From Chloroflexota bacterium (GTDB lineage: Bacteria; Chloroflexota; Limnocylindria; Limnocylindrales; CSP1-4): 64,000 nucleotides of DNA. Location: positions 2,196 to 66,195 of the forward strand of contig JAJYLZ010000011.1 of assembly GCA_021787395.1 (NCBI GenBank), written 5' to 3'. Below, piece by piece: positions 19,413-27,351 of this stretch. Position 1 is the stretch's first letter; every line of letters begins with the position of its first letter. The notes below the pieces were generated by a model. It ran no database searches, was not told the DNA's origin, and was given only the letters and a program-made list of their open reading frames with translations. A program made the position numbers and the translations under genes.

Positions 19413-20554
19413 GCGGGCACCTCCGGGGCGATCTCCGCGATCGCCGCGATGAGTCGATCGTTCTCCTCCGGGGCGCGAACCGTGACCCGGATGCAGTGGG
19501 CGGCCGGGTGGTGGGCGGGGAAGGTCCGCGGCACCAGCCCCCGGCGCATCAGCCGGTCTGCCACGTAGGCCGCCCGCGCGGTCGTGGCCAGGTCCACCAG
19601 CAGGAAGCAGGCGACCGACGGGTACGGCCGCCAGCCGGCGGCCTCGAAGGCGGCCGCGAGCCGCGGGCGCTCCGCCTCCACCCGGGCGACGTTGGCCAGC
19701 ATCGGCGCGGGCTCCCGCAGCGCCCGCGTCACCACGGTCTCCGAGATCGTCCCGATCGAGCCGGGCGGCCGGAACAGCGCCACCCGCTCGATCGTCGCCG
19801 GGGCGGCCACCGCGAAGCCCACCCGCAGCCCGGCCAGCGCGTACGCCTTGGAGGCCGTGCGCACCACCACCAGGTTCTCGAAGCGGTGGCGCAGGGGGAT
19901 CAGCGAGCGGCCGGTGAACTCGGCGTAGGCCTCGTCCACCACCACGGCCGGCGGCCGGCGGCCGGCGGACTCCGCGTCCGCCGCGATGTCCGCCAGGAGC
20001 GCCTCGACGGCGCCCTCGGGCTCCTCCGAGCCCGTGGGGTTGTTGGGGTTGCACAGCCACACGACCGCGGCGTCCCGGGCCGCCTCCCGGACCCGCGGCA
20101 GGTCGAGCGCGAAGCCCCGCTCCGCGCCCAGGCGGGGCACGGGCACCACGGTCCCGCCGCGCTGCTCGGACACGACCCGGTACATCGCATAGGTGGGCGT
20201 GGGGATCACGGCGTTCTGCCCGGCCGGCAGGAACGCCTTGCCGCACATGTCGAGGATCTCGTCCGCGCCAGCTCCGGGCACCACCTCGTCCGCCCCCACG
20301 CCATAGCGCTCCGCGGCAGCCTCCACCAGGCGCCGGTAGTCGCCGGGCGGGTACTCCGAGAGGCCGGTCTCGAACCGCCCGGCCGCGAGCATCTCGGCCA
20401 GCAGGTCCGGCGGGGCGGGGGAGGTGTTGAGGTCGAAGCGCACGACCTCCTTGAGCGGGATCCCGAAGCGGGCCGCGACGTCCTCGTCGGTGGCCTCCCA
20501 GCTGTAGCTCGCTGGCGTGCCCGGGTCGGCGGCGGTGGGGGGCGTGGGGCTCAT
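19409..20554 (-). CDS. hisC: Histidinol-phosphate aminotransferase
   Basis: DLNTSPAPP, YP...Y, NPNNPTG, DEAY.EF and RT.SKAYALAGLRVG (PLP lysine). ATG 20554 overlaps the hisG stop (ATGA). Confidence 0.9.
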   Translation of the reverse strand: MSPTPPTAADPGTPASYSWEATDEDVAARFGIPLKEVVRFDLNTSPAPPDLLAEMLAAGRFETGLSEYPPGDYRRLVEAAAERYGVGADEVVPGAGADEILDMCGKAFLPAGQNAVIPTPTYAMYRVVSEQRGGTVVPVPRLGAERGFALDLPRVREAARDAAVVWLCNPNNPTGSEEPEGAVEALLADIAADAESAGRRPPAVVVDEAYAEFTGRSLIPLRHRFENLVVVRTASKAYALAGLRVGFAVAAPATIERVALFRPPGSIGTISETVVTRALREPAPMLANVARVEAERPRLAAAFEAAGWRPYPSVACFLLVDLATTARAAYVADRLMRRGLVPRTFPAHHPAAHCIRVTVRAPEENDRLIAAIAEIAPEVPA

Positions 20555-21411
20555 GGCAGGATCTTCTCGATGGGCAGGACGAGGATGCCGGATGCGCCGG
20601 CGGCCTTGAGGCGGGGGAGCAGGCCCCAGACCTCGTCGGCGCCGACGACCGAGTGGATGGCGATCATGCCCGCGTGCGCGAGGGCGATCACCGACGGCGA
20701 CGCCAGACCGGGCAGCAGGCGCTCGAGATCGGCCAGGTGTGACGCGGGGGCGTTCATCATGAGGTACTTGCGGTCCCGCGCGGCGATGACCGAGCCGAGC
20801 ATCAGGACGATGCTGTCGAGCTCGTCCGGGCGCTCCGCCTGGGCGGCGGGGCCCGCGACGAGCACCGCCTCCGACTCGAGGACGTCGCCGATCGCGCGCA
20901 GGCCGTTCATCTGGAGGGTGGAGCCCGTCGAGACCAGGTCCACGATGGCGTCCGCGAGGCCCAGACGGGGCGCGACCTCGACCGCGCCCGAGAGCGGCAC
21001 GACCTCGACCGGGACGCTCAGCCCTGCGAAGAAGCGGCGGGTGCTCGCCGGGTGCGAGGTGGCGACGCGCTGGCCGGCGAGGTCCTCGACGGCGCGTACG
21101 GGGGCGTCGGACGGCACGGCCACCGCCAGGCGGCAGCGCCCGTAGCCGAGGCGGGCGACCACCGGCAGGTCGCGGCCCGCCTCCGCGAGGATGTCCGCGC
21201 CCGTGATGCCGGCGTCCGCCACGCCGTCGGCGACGAACTCCACCACGTCGTCGGTGCGCACGAACAGGATGTCGAGCGGCTGGTTGGAGCAGCGGGCTAC
21301 GAGGCTGCGGTCGTGCTCCTCGAACACGAGACCCGAGGCGTGGAGCAGCTGCAGGGTGGGGTCGACCAGGCGCCCCTTGTTGGGCACGGCCAGGCGCAGC
21401 CGGTCCCTCAT
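20551..21411 (-). CDS. hisG: ATP phosphoribosyltransferase, long form (HisG-L)
   Basis: LRLAVPNKGRL, DILFVRTDDV..FV..G.AD.GITG, DLVSTGSTL, plus a C-terminal regulatory domain; 286 aa. ATG 21411 overlaps the upstream stop (ATGA). Confidence 0.9.
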   Translation of the reverse strand: MRDRLRLAVPNKGRLVDPTLQLLHASGLVFEEHDRSLVARCSNQPLDILFVRTDDVVEFVADGVADAGITGADILAEAGRDLPVVARLGYGRCRLAVAVPSDAPVRAVEDLAGQRVATSHPASTRRFFAGLSVPVEVVPLSGAVEVAPRLGLADAIVDLVSTGSTLQMNGLRAIGDVLESEAVLVAGPAAQAERPDELDSIVLMLGSVIAARDRKYLMMNAPASHLADLERLLPGLASPSVIALAHAGMIAIHSVVGADEVWGLLPRLKAAGASGILVLPIEKILP

Positions 21412-21731
21412 CGCTCGGCCGCCAGCGGGTACGCGCTGCCCCCCTCGGCCTTGAGGCGCTCGAGCTGCGCGCGGTAGCCGCCCTCGCCGTGGTGCAGCCA
21501 CGAGGCGATCCGGGTGATGGTCGCGGTGCTCGCCCCGGACAGGCGGGAGATCTCCGCGTAGTGGAGCCCGGCGTCCAGCATCCGGACCACTGCCCAGCGC
21601 TGGGCCAGGTCGTGGAGCTCGCCCACCGTGCACAGGTCCCGCAGGAAGCGCAGCGCATCATCGCGGTCATCGAGGCGCAGGATGACGTCCAGGAGGGCAT
21701 CGAGCTCGGGGGTCCGCCATTCGCTTGCCAC
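21408..21731 (-). CDS. TrpR-like YerC/YecD-family DNA-binding protein (candidate histidine regulator)
   Basis: ELDALLDVILRLDDRDDALRFLRDLCTVGELHDLAQRWAVVRMLDAGLHYAEISRLSGASTATITRIASWL resembles B. subtilis YerC by eye, including the GASTATI(S/T)R helix-turn-helix. GTG 21731 lies 8 nt after GGGAGGA. It is translationally coupled to hisG. Confidence 0.7.
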   Translation of the reverse strand: MASEWRTPELDALLDVILRLDDRDDALRFLRDLCTVGELHDLAQRWAVVRMLDAGLHYAEISRLSGASTATITRIASWLHHGEGGYRAQLERLKAEGGSAYPLAAER

Positions 21732-21793
21732 GGGTGCGATCCTCCCGGTACCAGGGGGCGACAAGGTCCATCCTTGCGGCCTTGGTGGCATGA

Positions 21794-21819
21794 TAGCGTA
21801 GTAGCGCACTAACACGCTA
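21794..21819. promoter_or_regulatory. Inverted repeat TAGCGT-N14-ACGCTA in the divergent his promoter region (candidate operator)
   Basis: TAGCGT at 21794-21799 and ACGCTA at 21814-21819 flank TAGCGCACTA in a locally lower-GC patch. The site lies between the regulator start (21731) and the hisA start (21835). Confidence 0.3.
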
Positions 21820-21834
21820 CCACGGGGAGGTCCG

Positions 21835-22587
21835 GTGGCCGGCTTCGAGGTCTTGCCCGCGATCGATCTCGAGGGGGGGCGTGTCGTCCGGTTGGTCCAG
21901 GGCGACTTCGAGCGCGAGACCGTCTATGACGACGACCCCGTCCGGGTCGCCCGCGCGTTCGCCGACGAGGGGGCGACGTGGCTCCACGTCGTGGACCTCG
22001 ACGGCGCCAGGCAGGGGGAGCCGCAGCAGCTGCAGCTCGTCGCCGAGATCGTGGCCGAGGTGCACGGCCGCGTCCGGGTCGAGGTCGGCGGGGGCCTGCG
22101 CACGGCCAGCTCCGTGGCCGGTGCGCTGGGCACCGGGGCCAGCCGCGTCGTGGTGGGCACCGCGGCCCTCCGCGACCCCGGCTTCGCCCTCGACCTGGTG
22201 ACCCGCTTCGGCCCGGCGAGGGTGGCCGGCTCGCTCGACATCCGCGACGGCCTGGCGCTGGGGGAGGGCTGGCGCCAGGGCGCGCCCGGGGTCCTCGCGG
22301 TGGACGCGCTCGAGCGCCTGTCGGCCTCGGGCATCGACACCTTCGCGGTCACGTCCATCAGCCGTGACGGGCTGATGGGCGGCCCCGACGTGGACCTGCT
22401 GCGGGCGCTGGTGCGCCTCGGGCGGGGGCGCATCATCGCCTCCGGGGGCATCGCGTCGCTGGAGGACGTCCTCGCGGTGCAGGCGGCCGGCTGCTCCGGA
22501 GCGATCGTCGGGCGCGCGCTGTACGAGGGCCGCGTCACCGTCCGCGAACTCGTCGCCGCGATCGACGGGCGCGACGCCCTCGAGTGA
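21835..22587 (+). CDS. hisA: 1-(5-phosphoribosyl)-5-[(5-phosphoribosylamino)methylideneamino]imidazole-4-carboxamide isomerase
   Basis: VLPAIDLEGGRVVRLVQGDF, HVVDLDGA, GGGLR, DGLMGGPD and SGGI.SLED motifs. GTG 21835 follows GGGGAGG. Confidence 0.9.
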   Translation: MAGFEVLPAIDLEGGRVVRLVQGDFERETVYDDDPVRVARAFADEGATWLHVVDLDGARQGEPQQLQLVAEIVAEVHGRVRVEVGGGLRTASSVAGALGTGASRVVVGTAALRDPGFALDLVTRFGPARVAGSLDIRDGLALGEGWRQGAPGVLAVDALERLSASGIDTFAVTSISRDGLMGGPDVDLLRALVRLGRGRIIASGGIASLEDVLAVQAAGCSGAIVGRALYEGRVTVRELVAAIDGRDALE

Positions 22588-22625
22588 CCCGTCGGGCGAG
22601 GGCCGGAGGCCGCTGGAATCAGAAC

Positions 22626-22648
22626 GCGGCGCCGGCAGCCGGCGCCGC
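22626..22648. terminator. Perfect 10-bp GC hairpin between convergent hisA and the EF-G paralog
   Basis: GCGGCGCCGG, loop CAG, CCGGCGCCGC. There is no clear U-tract. Confidence 0.45.
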
Positions 22649-22668
22649 GCTCGACGAGGGAGGGGGCC

Positions 22669-24747
22669 TCAGTGGCCCTCCTCCTTCCGGTCCTTCTTGC
22701 TGGCCTCGATGATCTTCTCGGCGAGGTTGCCCGGGACGTCCTCGTAATGATCGAGCACCGCCGAGAACGTGCCCCGCCCGCCGGTCAGCGAGCGCAGCTC
22801 GGTGGCGTAGGAGAACAGCTCGGCCTGCGGGACGTGCGCCGAGATCACCTGCATCCCGTCCGCGGTGTCCATGCCCAGCACCCGGCCGCGACGGCCGTTG
22901 AGGTCGCGGTTGACCTCGCCCATGTACTGCTCCGGGACCCGGATCTCGACCGCCATGATCGGCTCCAGGAGCACCGGCTTGGACTGCATGACGCCGTCCT
23001 TGAGCGCCATGGAGGCCGCGAGCTTGAACGACAGCTCGTTCGAGTCGACGGGGTGGAACGAGCCGTCGTACAGCGTCGCCTTGAAGTCGTCGAGCGGGAA
23101 GCCGGCCAGCACGCCCTCGGCCGCCGTCTCCCGGATGCCCTTCTCGATGCCCGGGAAGAAGCCCTTGGGCACAGAGCCGCCCACGACCCGCTCGGCGAAC
23201 TCGACGCCCGCGCCGGGGTTGGGCTCGAGCTCGATCCAGACGTCGCCGAACATGCCGTGGCCGCCGGTCTGCTTCTTGTAGCGGCCGTGGACCTGGGCCT
23301 TGCCGCGGATCGTCTCGCGGTAGGCGACCGTCGGGGTGCGCGTCGCGATCGCCGCCCCGAACTTGCGCTTGAGCCGGTCGCAGATGACCGCGACGTGCGC
23401 CTCGCCCACGGCCCGCAGGATCTGCTCGCCGGTCGCGGAGCGCTCCACGCGGGCGGTCGGCTCCTCCTCGAGCATGCGCTGGAGGGCCGGGCCCATCTTG
23501 TCGAGGTCGGCCTTGGAGACGGGGTCGATCGCCACCTGGAGGGTGGGCTCCGGGAACTCGATGGCGCCCAGCGCGAGGCCCGCCTCGCGCGTGGTCAGGG
23601 TGTCGCCCGTCGCGGTCACGCCGAGCTTGGCGATCGCCCCGATCTCGCCCGAGCGCAGCTCGCCGGCCGGCTCCTGCTCCTTGCCGTGGAGGTACAGGAG
23701 CTGCCCGATCCGCTCGTCCTCGCCCTTCGTGCCGTTGTACACCGAGGTCTGGCTCTTGAGCGTGCCCGACAGCACGCGCAGGTACGTGAGCCGTCCGACG
23801 AACGGGTCGGCCGCCGTCTTGAACACGCGCACCAGGAGCTGCTCGCCGGTGGCCTCGAGCGCCACCTCCTTGCCCGCCTTGCCCGTCGCGGTGAACGGGC
23901 CCTCCTCCTCAGGCGAGGGGAGGTAGCGGACGATCGCGTCGAGCAGGGCGCCGAGGCCGATGCCCTTGTTGGCCGAGGCGACGAGCACGGGCGCCAGGAT
24001 CGACTCCCGGACGCCCTTGTGCAGGCAGGCGTCCAGCTCGGCGTCGGAGATCTCCTCCTCGCCGAGGTACTTCTCGAACACGGCGTCGTCGGCCTCGGCC
24101 GCCGCCTCGAGCAGCTGGTCGCGGCGCATCGCCACCTCGTCGGCGAGGTCGGCCGGGACCGGGATCTCGACCTCCTGGCCGCCCTCGAACTTGTACGCCT
24201 TGCGGTGGACGAGGTCCACGTAGCCGCTGAACGTGTCAGCGGCGCCGATCGCGATGTGCAGCGGGGCCACCTTGTTGCCGAACGCGGCGCGCAGCGCGTC
24301 CAGGGCAGCGGATGGGTTCGCGTTCTCGCGATCGCACTTGTTGATGACGAAGCAGGCCGCGGTCCGGGTGGAGCGGCCGACCTTCACGGCGTTCTCGAGC
24401 CCGGCCTCGACGGCGCCCGACGCGTCCATGACGAACAGCGCGGCGTCCGCCGCGTGGAAGCCCTGGATCATCTCGGCGACGAAGTCCGGGTAGCCGGGCG
24501 TGTCGACGACCGTGATCTCGTGCTCGCCGTGCTCGAACGTCCCGACGGCCAGCGACAGCGAGCGGTGCTGCTTCTGCTCCTCGGGCTCGTAGTCCAGGTG
24601 GGCGGTGCCGTCATCGACCCGGCCCAGGCGCGGGATCGCGCCGGCGCGGAACAGCAGCTGCTCCGCGAGCGTCGTCTTGCCCCCGCCGGCATGGCCGGCG
24701 AGGACGACACTCCTGATGTGGGCGAGGTCGTGGCTCTTCAGGGTCAT
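22669..24747 (-). CDS. Elongation factor G paralog (EF-G-like GTPase)
   Basis: GHAGGGKTTL P-loop, DTPGYPDF, NKCD, then EF-G domains II-V (e.g. VHGRYKKQTGGHGMFGDVWIE). Start at ATG 24747 (MTLKSHDLAHIRSV). Confidence 0.85.
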   Translation of the reverse strand: MTLKSHDLAHIRSVVLAGHAGGGKTTLAEQLLFRAGAIPRLGRVDDGTAHLDYEPEEQKQHRSLSLAVGTFEHGEHEITVVDTPGYPDFVAEMIQGFHAADAALFVMDASGAVEAGLENAVKVGRSTRTAACFVINKCDRENANPSAALDALRAAFGNKVAPLHIAIGAADTFSGYVDLVHRKAYKFEGGQEVEIPVPADLADEVAMRRDQLLEAAAEADDAVFEKYLGEEEISDAELDACLHKGVRESILAPVLVASANKGIGLGALLDAIVRYLPSPEEEGPFTATGKAGKEVALEATGEQLLVRVFKTAADPFVGRLTYLRVLSGTLKSQTSVYNGTKGEDERIGQLLYLHGKEQEPAGELRSGEIGAIAKLGVTATGDTLTTREAGLALGAIEFPEPTLQVAIDPVSKADLDKMGPALQRMLEEEPTARVERSATGEQILRAVGEAHVAVICDRLKRKFGAAIATRTPTVAYRETIRGKAQVHGRYKKQTGGHGMFGDVWIELEPNPGAGVEFAERVVGGSVPKGFFPGIEKGIRETAAEGVLAGFPLDDFKATLYDGSFHPVDSNELSFKLAASMALKDGVMQSKPVLLEPIMAVEIRVPEQYMGEVNRDLNGRRGRVLGMDTADGMQVISAHVPQAELFSYATELRSLTGGRGTFSAVLDHYEDVPGNLAEKIIEASKKDRKEEGH

Positions 24748-24912
24748 CGCGCGCGGTTCCTCTCGGTGTGGCACCGGTGTGCCGGGCCGTGCCCGGACAC
24801 GACAGGGTGCGGTGGGCGCAGGGCTGCGCTCGGATGCGATGCCAAGTCCGCTTCCCGGGCCAAAGGACGCATACATGGCGGGAGCCGGACCCGTTGGACC
24901 GATGATAGTCGG

Positions 24913-24918
24913 TATACT
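24913..24918 (+). promoter_or_regulatory. Candidate -10 box (TATACT) 8 nt upstream of the yebC ATG (possible leaderless mRNA)
   Basis: The sequence reads TATACT cgccgccg ATG. There is no Shine-Dalgarno sequence between them. Confidence 0.3.
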
Positions 24919-24926
24919 CGCCGCCG

Positions 24927-25676
24927 ATGTCCGGACATTCCAAATGGTCAACGATCAAGCGCCAGAAGGGCGCCAATGACGCCAAGCGCGGCGCCATGTT
25001 CACCAAGGTCGCCCGCGAGATCATGGTCGCGGCGCGGGCGGGCGGCGGCGACCCAGACGCCAACTACCGCCTCCGGCTGGCCATGGACAAGGCCCGCTCG
25101 ATCAACATGCCCGCGGACAACATCAAGCGGGCCATCGAGCGCGCCACCGGCGCCGGCGAGGGGGAGCAGTACGAGGAGATCGTGTACGAGGGCTACGGCC
25201 CGGGCGGCGTCGCGGTCCTCGTCGAGGCGGCCACCGACAACCGGAACCGGACCGCGGCCGAGGTGCGCTCCATCTTCTCGAAGACCGGCGGGCAGCTCGC
25301 CGGCTCGGGCGCCGTGGCGTGGCAGTTCGAGGCGCGCGGACTGATCACGGTCGCGCGCGAGGGCGTCGACCCCGACGAGGTGGCCCTGGCCGCCATCGAC
25401 GCGGGCGCCTCGGACGTGGACACCGAGGCCGACCCCATCGAGATCTACACCGAGCCTGCCGACCTCGAGGCCGTGCGCAAGGCCCTCGACGCGGCCGGCA
25501 TCGCGGTCGAGGACGCCGAGAACGCCATGATCGCCAAGCAGACGACCGCGGTGGACGCGGACCACGTCCGCAAGGTCATGCGCCTGATCGACCTGCTCGA
25601 GGACCTCGACGACGTGCAGCGCGTGACGAGCAACGCCGAGATCCCGGAGGAGCTCATGGAGGAGCTCGCCGGGTGA
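24927..25676 (+). CDS. yebC: YebC/PmpR-family transcriptional regulator
   Basis: MSGHSKWSTIKRQKGANDAKRGAMFTK is the hallmark YebC N-terminus. Confidence 0.92.
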   Translation: MSGHSKWSTIKRQKGANDAKRGAMFTKVAREIMVAARAGGGDPDANYRLRLAMDKARSINMPADNIKRAIERATGAGEGEQYEEIVYEGYGPGGVAVLVEAATDNRNRTAAEVRSIFSKTGGQLAGSGAVAWQFEARGLITVAREGVDPDEVALAAIDAGASDVDTEADPIEIYTEPADLEAVRKALDAAGIAVEDAENAMIAKQTTAVDADHVRKVMRLIDLLEDLDDVQRVTSNAEIPEELMEELAG

Positions 25677-26359
25677 TCGTCCTGGGGATCGACCCCGGGA
25701 CGGCGGCACTCGGGTACGGCGTCGTCGAGCGGACCGGCGGGGGCCTCCGCGCGGTGGACTACGGCCTGGTCTCGACGTCGCCCGAGGTCTCGCTGCCGGA
25801 ACGCCTGCTCCGGATCCACGAGGCGCTGACGGAGCTGATCGAGACGCACCGGCCGGACCTGGTCGGCGTCGAGCGCCTGTTCTTCTCGAGGAACGCGCAG
25901 ACGGCGTTCGGCGTGGGCCAGGCCCGCGGCGTGGTGCTCCTGGCCGCCGCTCAGCACGGCATCCCGGTGCGCGAGGCCACGCCCAACGAGATCAAGGTCG
26001 GGGTGACCGGCTTCGGCGGCGCGGACAAGGAGCAGGTGGGGCGGATGGTCGCCGTCATCCTGCGCCTCGACCAGGTGCCCACCCCGGACGACACCGCCGA
26101 CGCGCTCGCCTGCGCCATCTCCATCGCGAACGCCGAGCGGCCCGGAGACCGCATCAACGCCGGCGCGACGGCGCCCTCGGCCGTGCTCGACCGTGCGGCG
26201 GTCGCCCCGATGGCCCAGGGCGAGACCCCCTACGAGCGCGCCGTCCGCGAGGCGCTGACCCGCGAGGCCAAGGCCAGGGCGACCTCCAGCCGTGCGCCGG
26301 GGGCGCCCGCCGGCAAGGCTGCGGCGGCCCGCAGGGCCCCTGCAGCCCGCAAGCGATAA
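25673..26359 (+). CDS. ruvC: Holliday junction resolvase RuvC with a basic Ala-rich C-terminal extension
   Basis: VLGIDPGTAALGYGVV, VGVERLFF, PNEIK and PDDTADALA motifs. GTG 25673 overlaps the yebC stop. About 60 extra C-terminal residues end in KAAAARRAPAARKR. Confidence 0.9.
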   Translation: MIVLGIDPGTAALGYGVVERTGGGLRAVDYGLVSTSPEVSLPERLLRIHEALTELIETHRPDLVGVERLFFSRNAQTAFGVGQARGVVLLAAAQHGIPVREATPNEIKVGVTGFGGADKEQVGRMVAVILRLDQVPTPDDTADALACAISIANAERPGDRINAGATAPSAVLDRAAVAPMAQGETPYERAVREALTREAKARATSSRAPGAPAGKAAAARRAPAARKR

Positions 26360-26371
26360 GGGGAGCGCCGG

Positions 26372-26965
26372 GTGATCGCGTCGGTCGAGGGGATCGTCGG
26401 GGCCATCGCGGCCGATTCGCTCGTCCTCGAGGTCGGCGGGATCGGCTACCGCGTGTTCGCGGCGCCGGCCGTCCTGGCCTCGGCCCCGCCCGGCGGCCGA
26501 CTCAAGCTCCACACCTACCACCTCGTCCGCGAGGACCAGCAGGCGCTGTTCGGCTTCCGCACCGCCGAGGAGCTCGGCTTCTTCAACCTGCTGCTCACGG
26601 TGACCGGCGTCGGGCCCAAGGTGGCCATGGCGATCGTGGGCTCGCGGCCGACCGCGGACCTCCAGCTCGCCATCCTCCAGCAGGACCAGGCGGTGCTGAC
26701 CTCCATCAGCGGCATCGGCAAGAAGCTCGCCGAGCGGATCATCTTCGAGCTCAAGGAGAAGGTCTCCGCCGCCGGGATCGCCGCGGGCACCTCGGCCGCC
26801 GTGGCCACCGCCTCCGAGAACGAGGTCGTGGCCGCCCTGCAGGCGCTCGGCTACTCGCTGGGCGAGGCTCGCGAGGCGTCCCGGCTGGCGGTGTCCGACC
26901 CGGCCGTGGGGGCGGGCCTCGAGGAGCGGGTGAAGGCCGCCCTGCGGACGCTGCTGCGCGACTGA
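26372..26965 (+). CDS. ruvA: Holliday junction branch migration complex subunit RuvA
   Basis: MIASVEGIV...GGIGYRV, LFGF....E...F..L..V.GVGPK.A and ISGIGKKLAERI (HhH motifs). Confidence 0.9.
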   Translation: MIASVEGIVGAIAADSLVLEVGGIGYRVFAAPAVLASAPPGGRLKLHTYHLVREDQQALFGFRTAEELGFFNLLLTVTGVGPKVAMAIVGSRPTADLQLAILQQDQAVLTSISGIGKKLAERIIFELKEKVSAAGIAAGTSAAVATASENEVVAALQALGYSLGEAREASRLAVSDPAVGAGLEERVKAALRTLLRD

Positions 26966-26989
26966 CCGGCGCCGGAGCGGCGCCCGGGG

Positions 26990-27331
26990 CTAGATCGCCG
27001 AGCCCCCGCGCTGCCCGGTGCGGATGCGGATGGTCTCCTCGAGCGGCAGCACGAAGATCTTGCCGTCGCCGACGCTCCCGTCGCCGTGCCGGGCGCCCCG
27101 CAGGATCGCGTCGATCGTGGGCTCGACGAACGCGTCGTTGACCCCGATCTCGAGGCGCACCTTGGGCAGCAGCGGCGGCGCCACCTCCTGGCCCCGGTAC
27201 AGCTCCGGGTCCTCCTGCTGGCCGTGCCCCGTCACGCGGCTGACCGTGATCCGGAAGATCTCGTTGTCGATGAGGGCCTGGTGGACCTCCTCGAGCTTGT
27301 CGGGCTGGATGATCGCGACGATCAGCTTCAT
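26990..27331 (-). CDS. glnK: Nitrogen regulatory protein P-II (amtB-linked GlnK type)
   Basis: MKLIVAIIQPDKLEEV...ELYRG...LPKVRLEIGV...GDGKIFV.P is the P-II fold signature. It lies directly downstream of amtB. Confidence 0.9.
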   Translation of the reverse strand: MKLIVAIIQPDKLEEVHQALIDNEIFRITVSRVTGHGQQEDPELYRGQEVAPPLLPKVRLEIGVNDAFVEPTIDAILRGARHGDGSVGDGKIFVLPLEETIRIRTGQRGGSAI

Positions 27332-27351
27332 GGCGTCGGTCGGGCCTCCGG

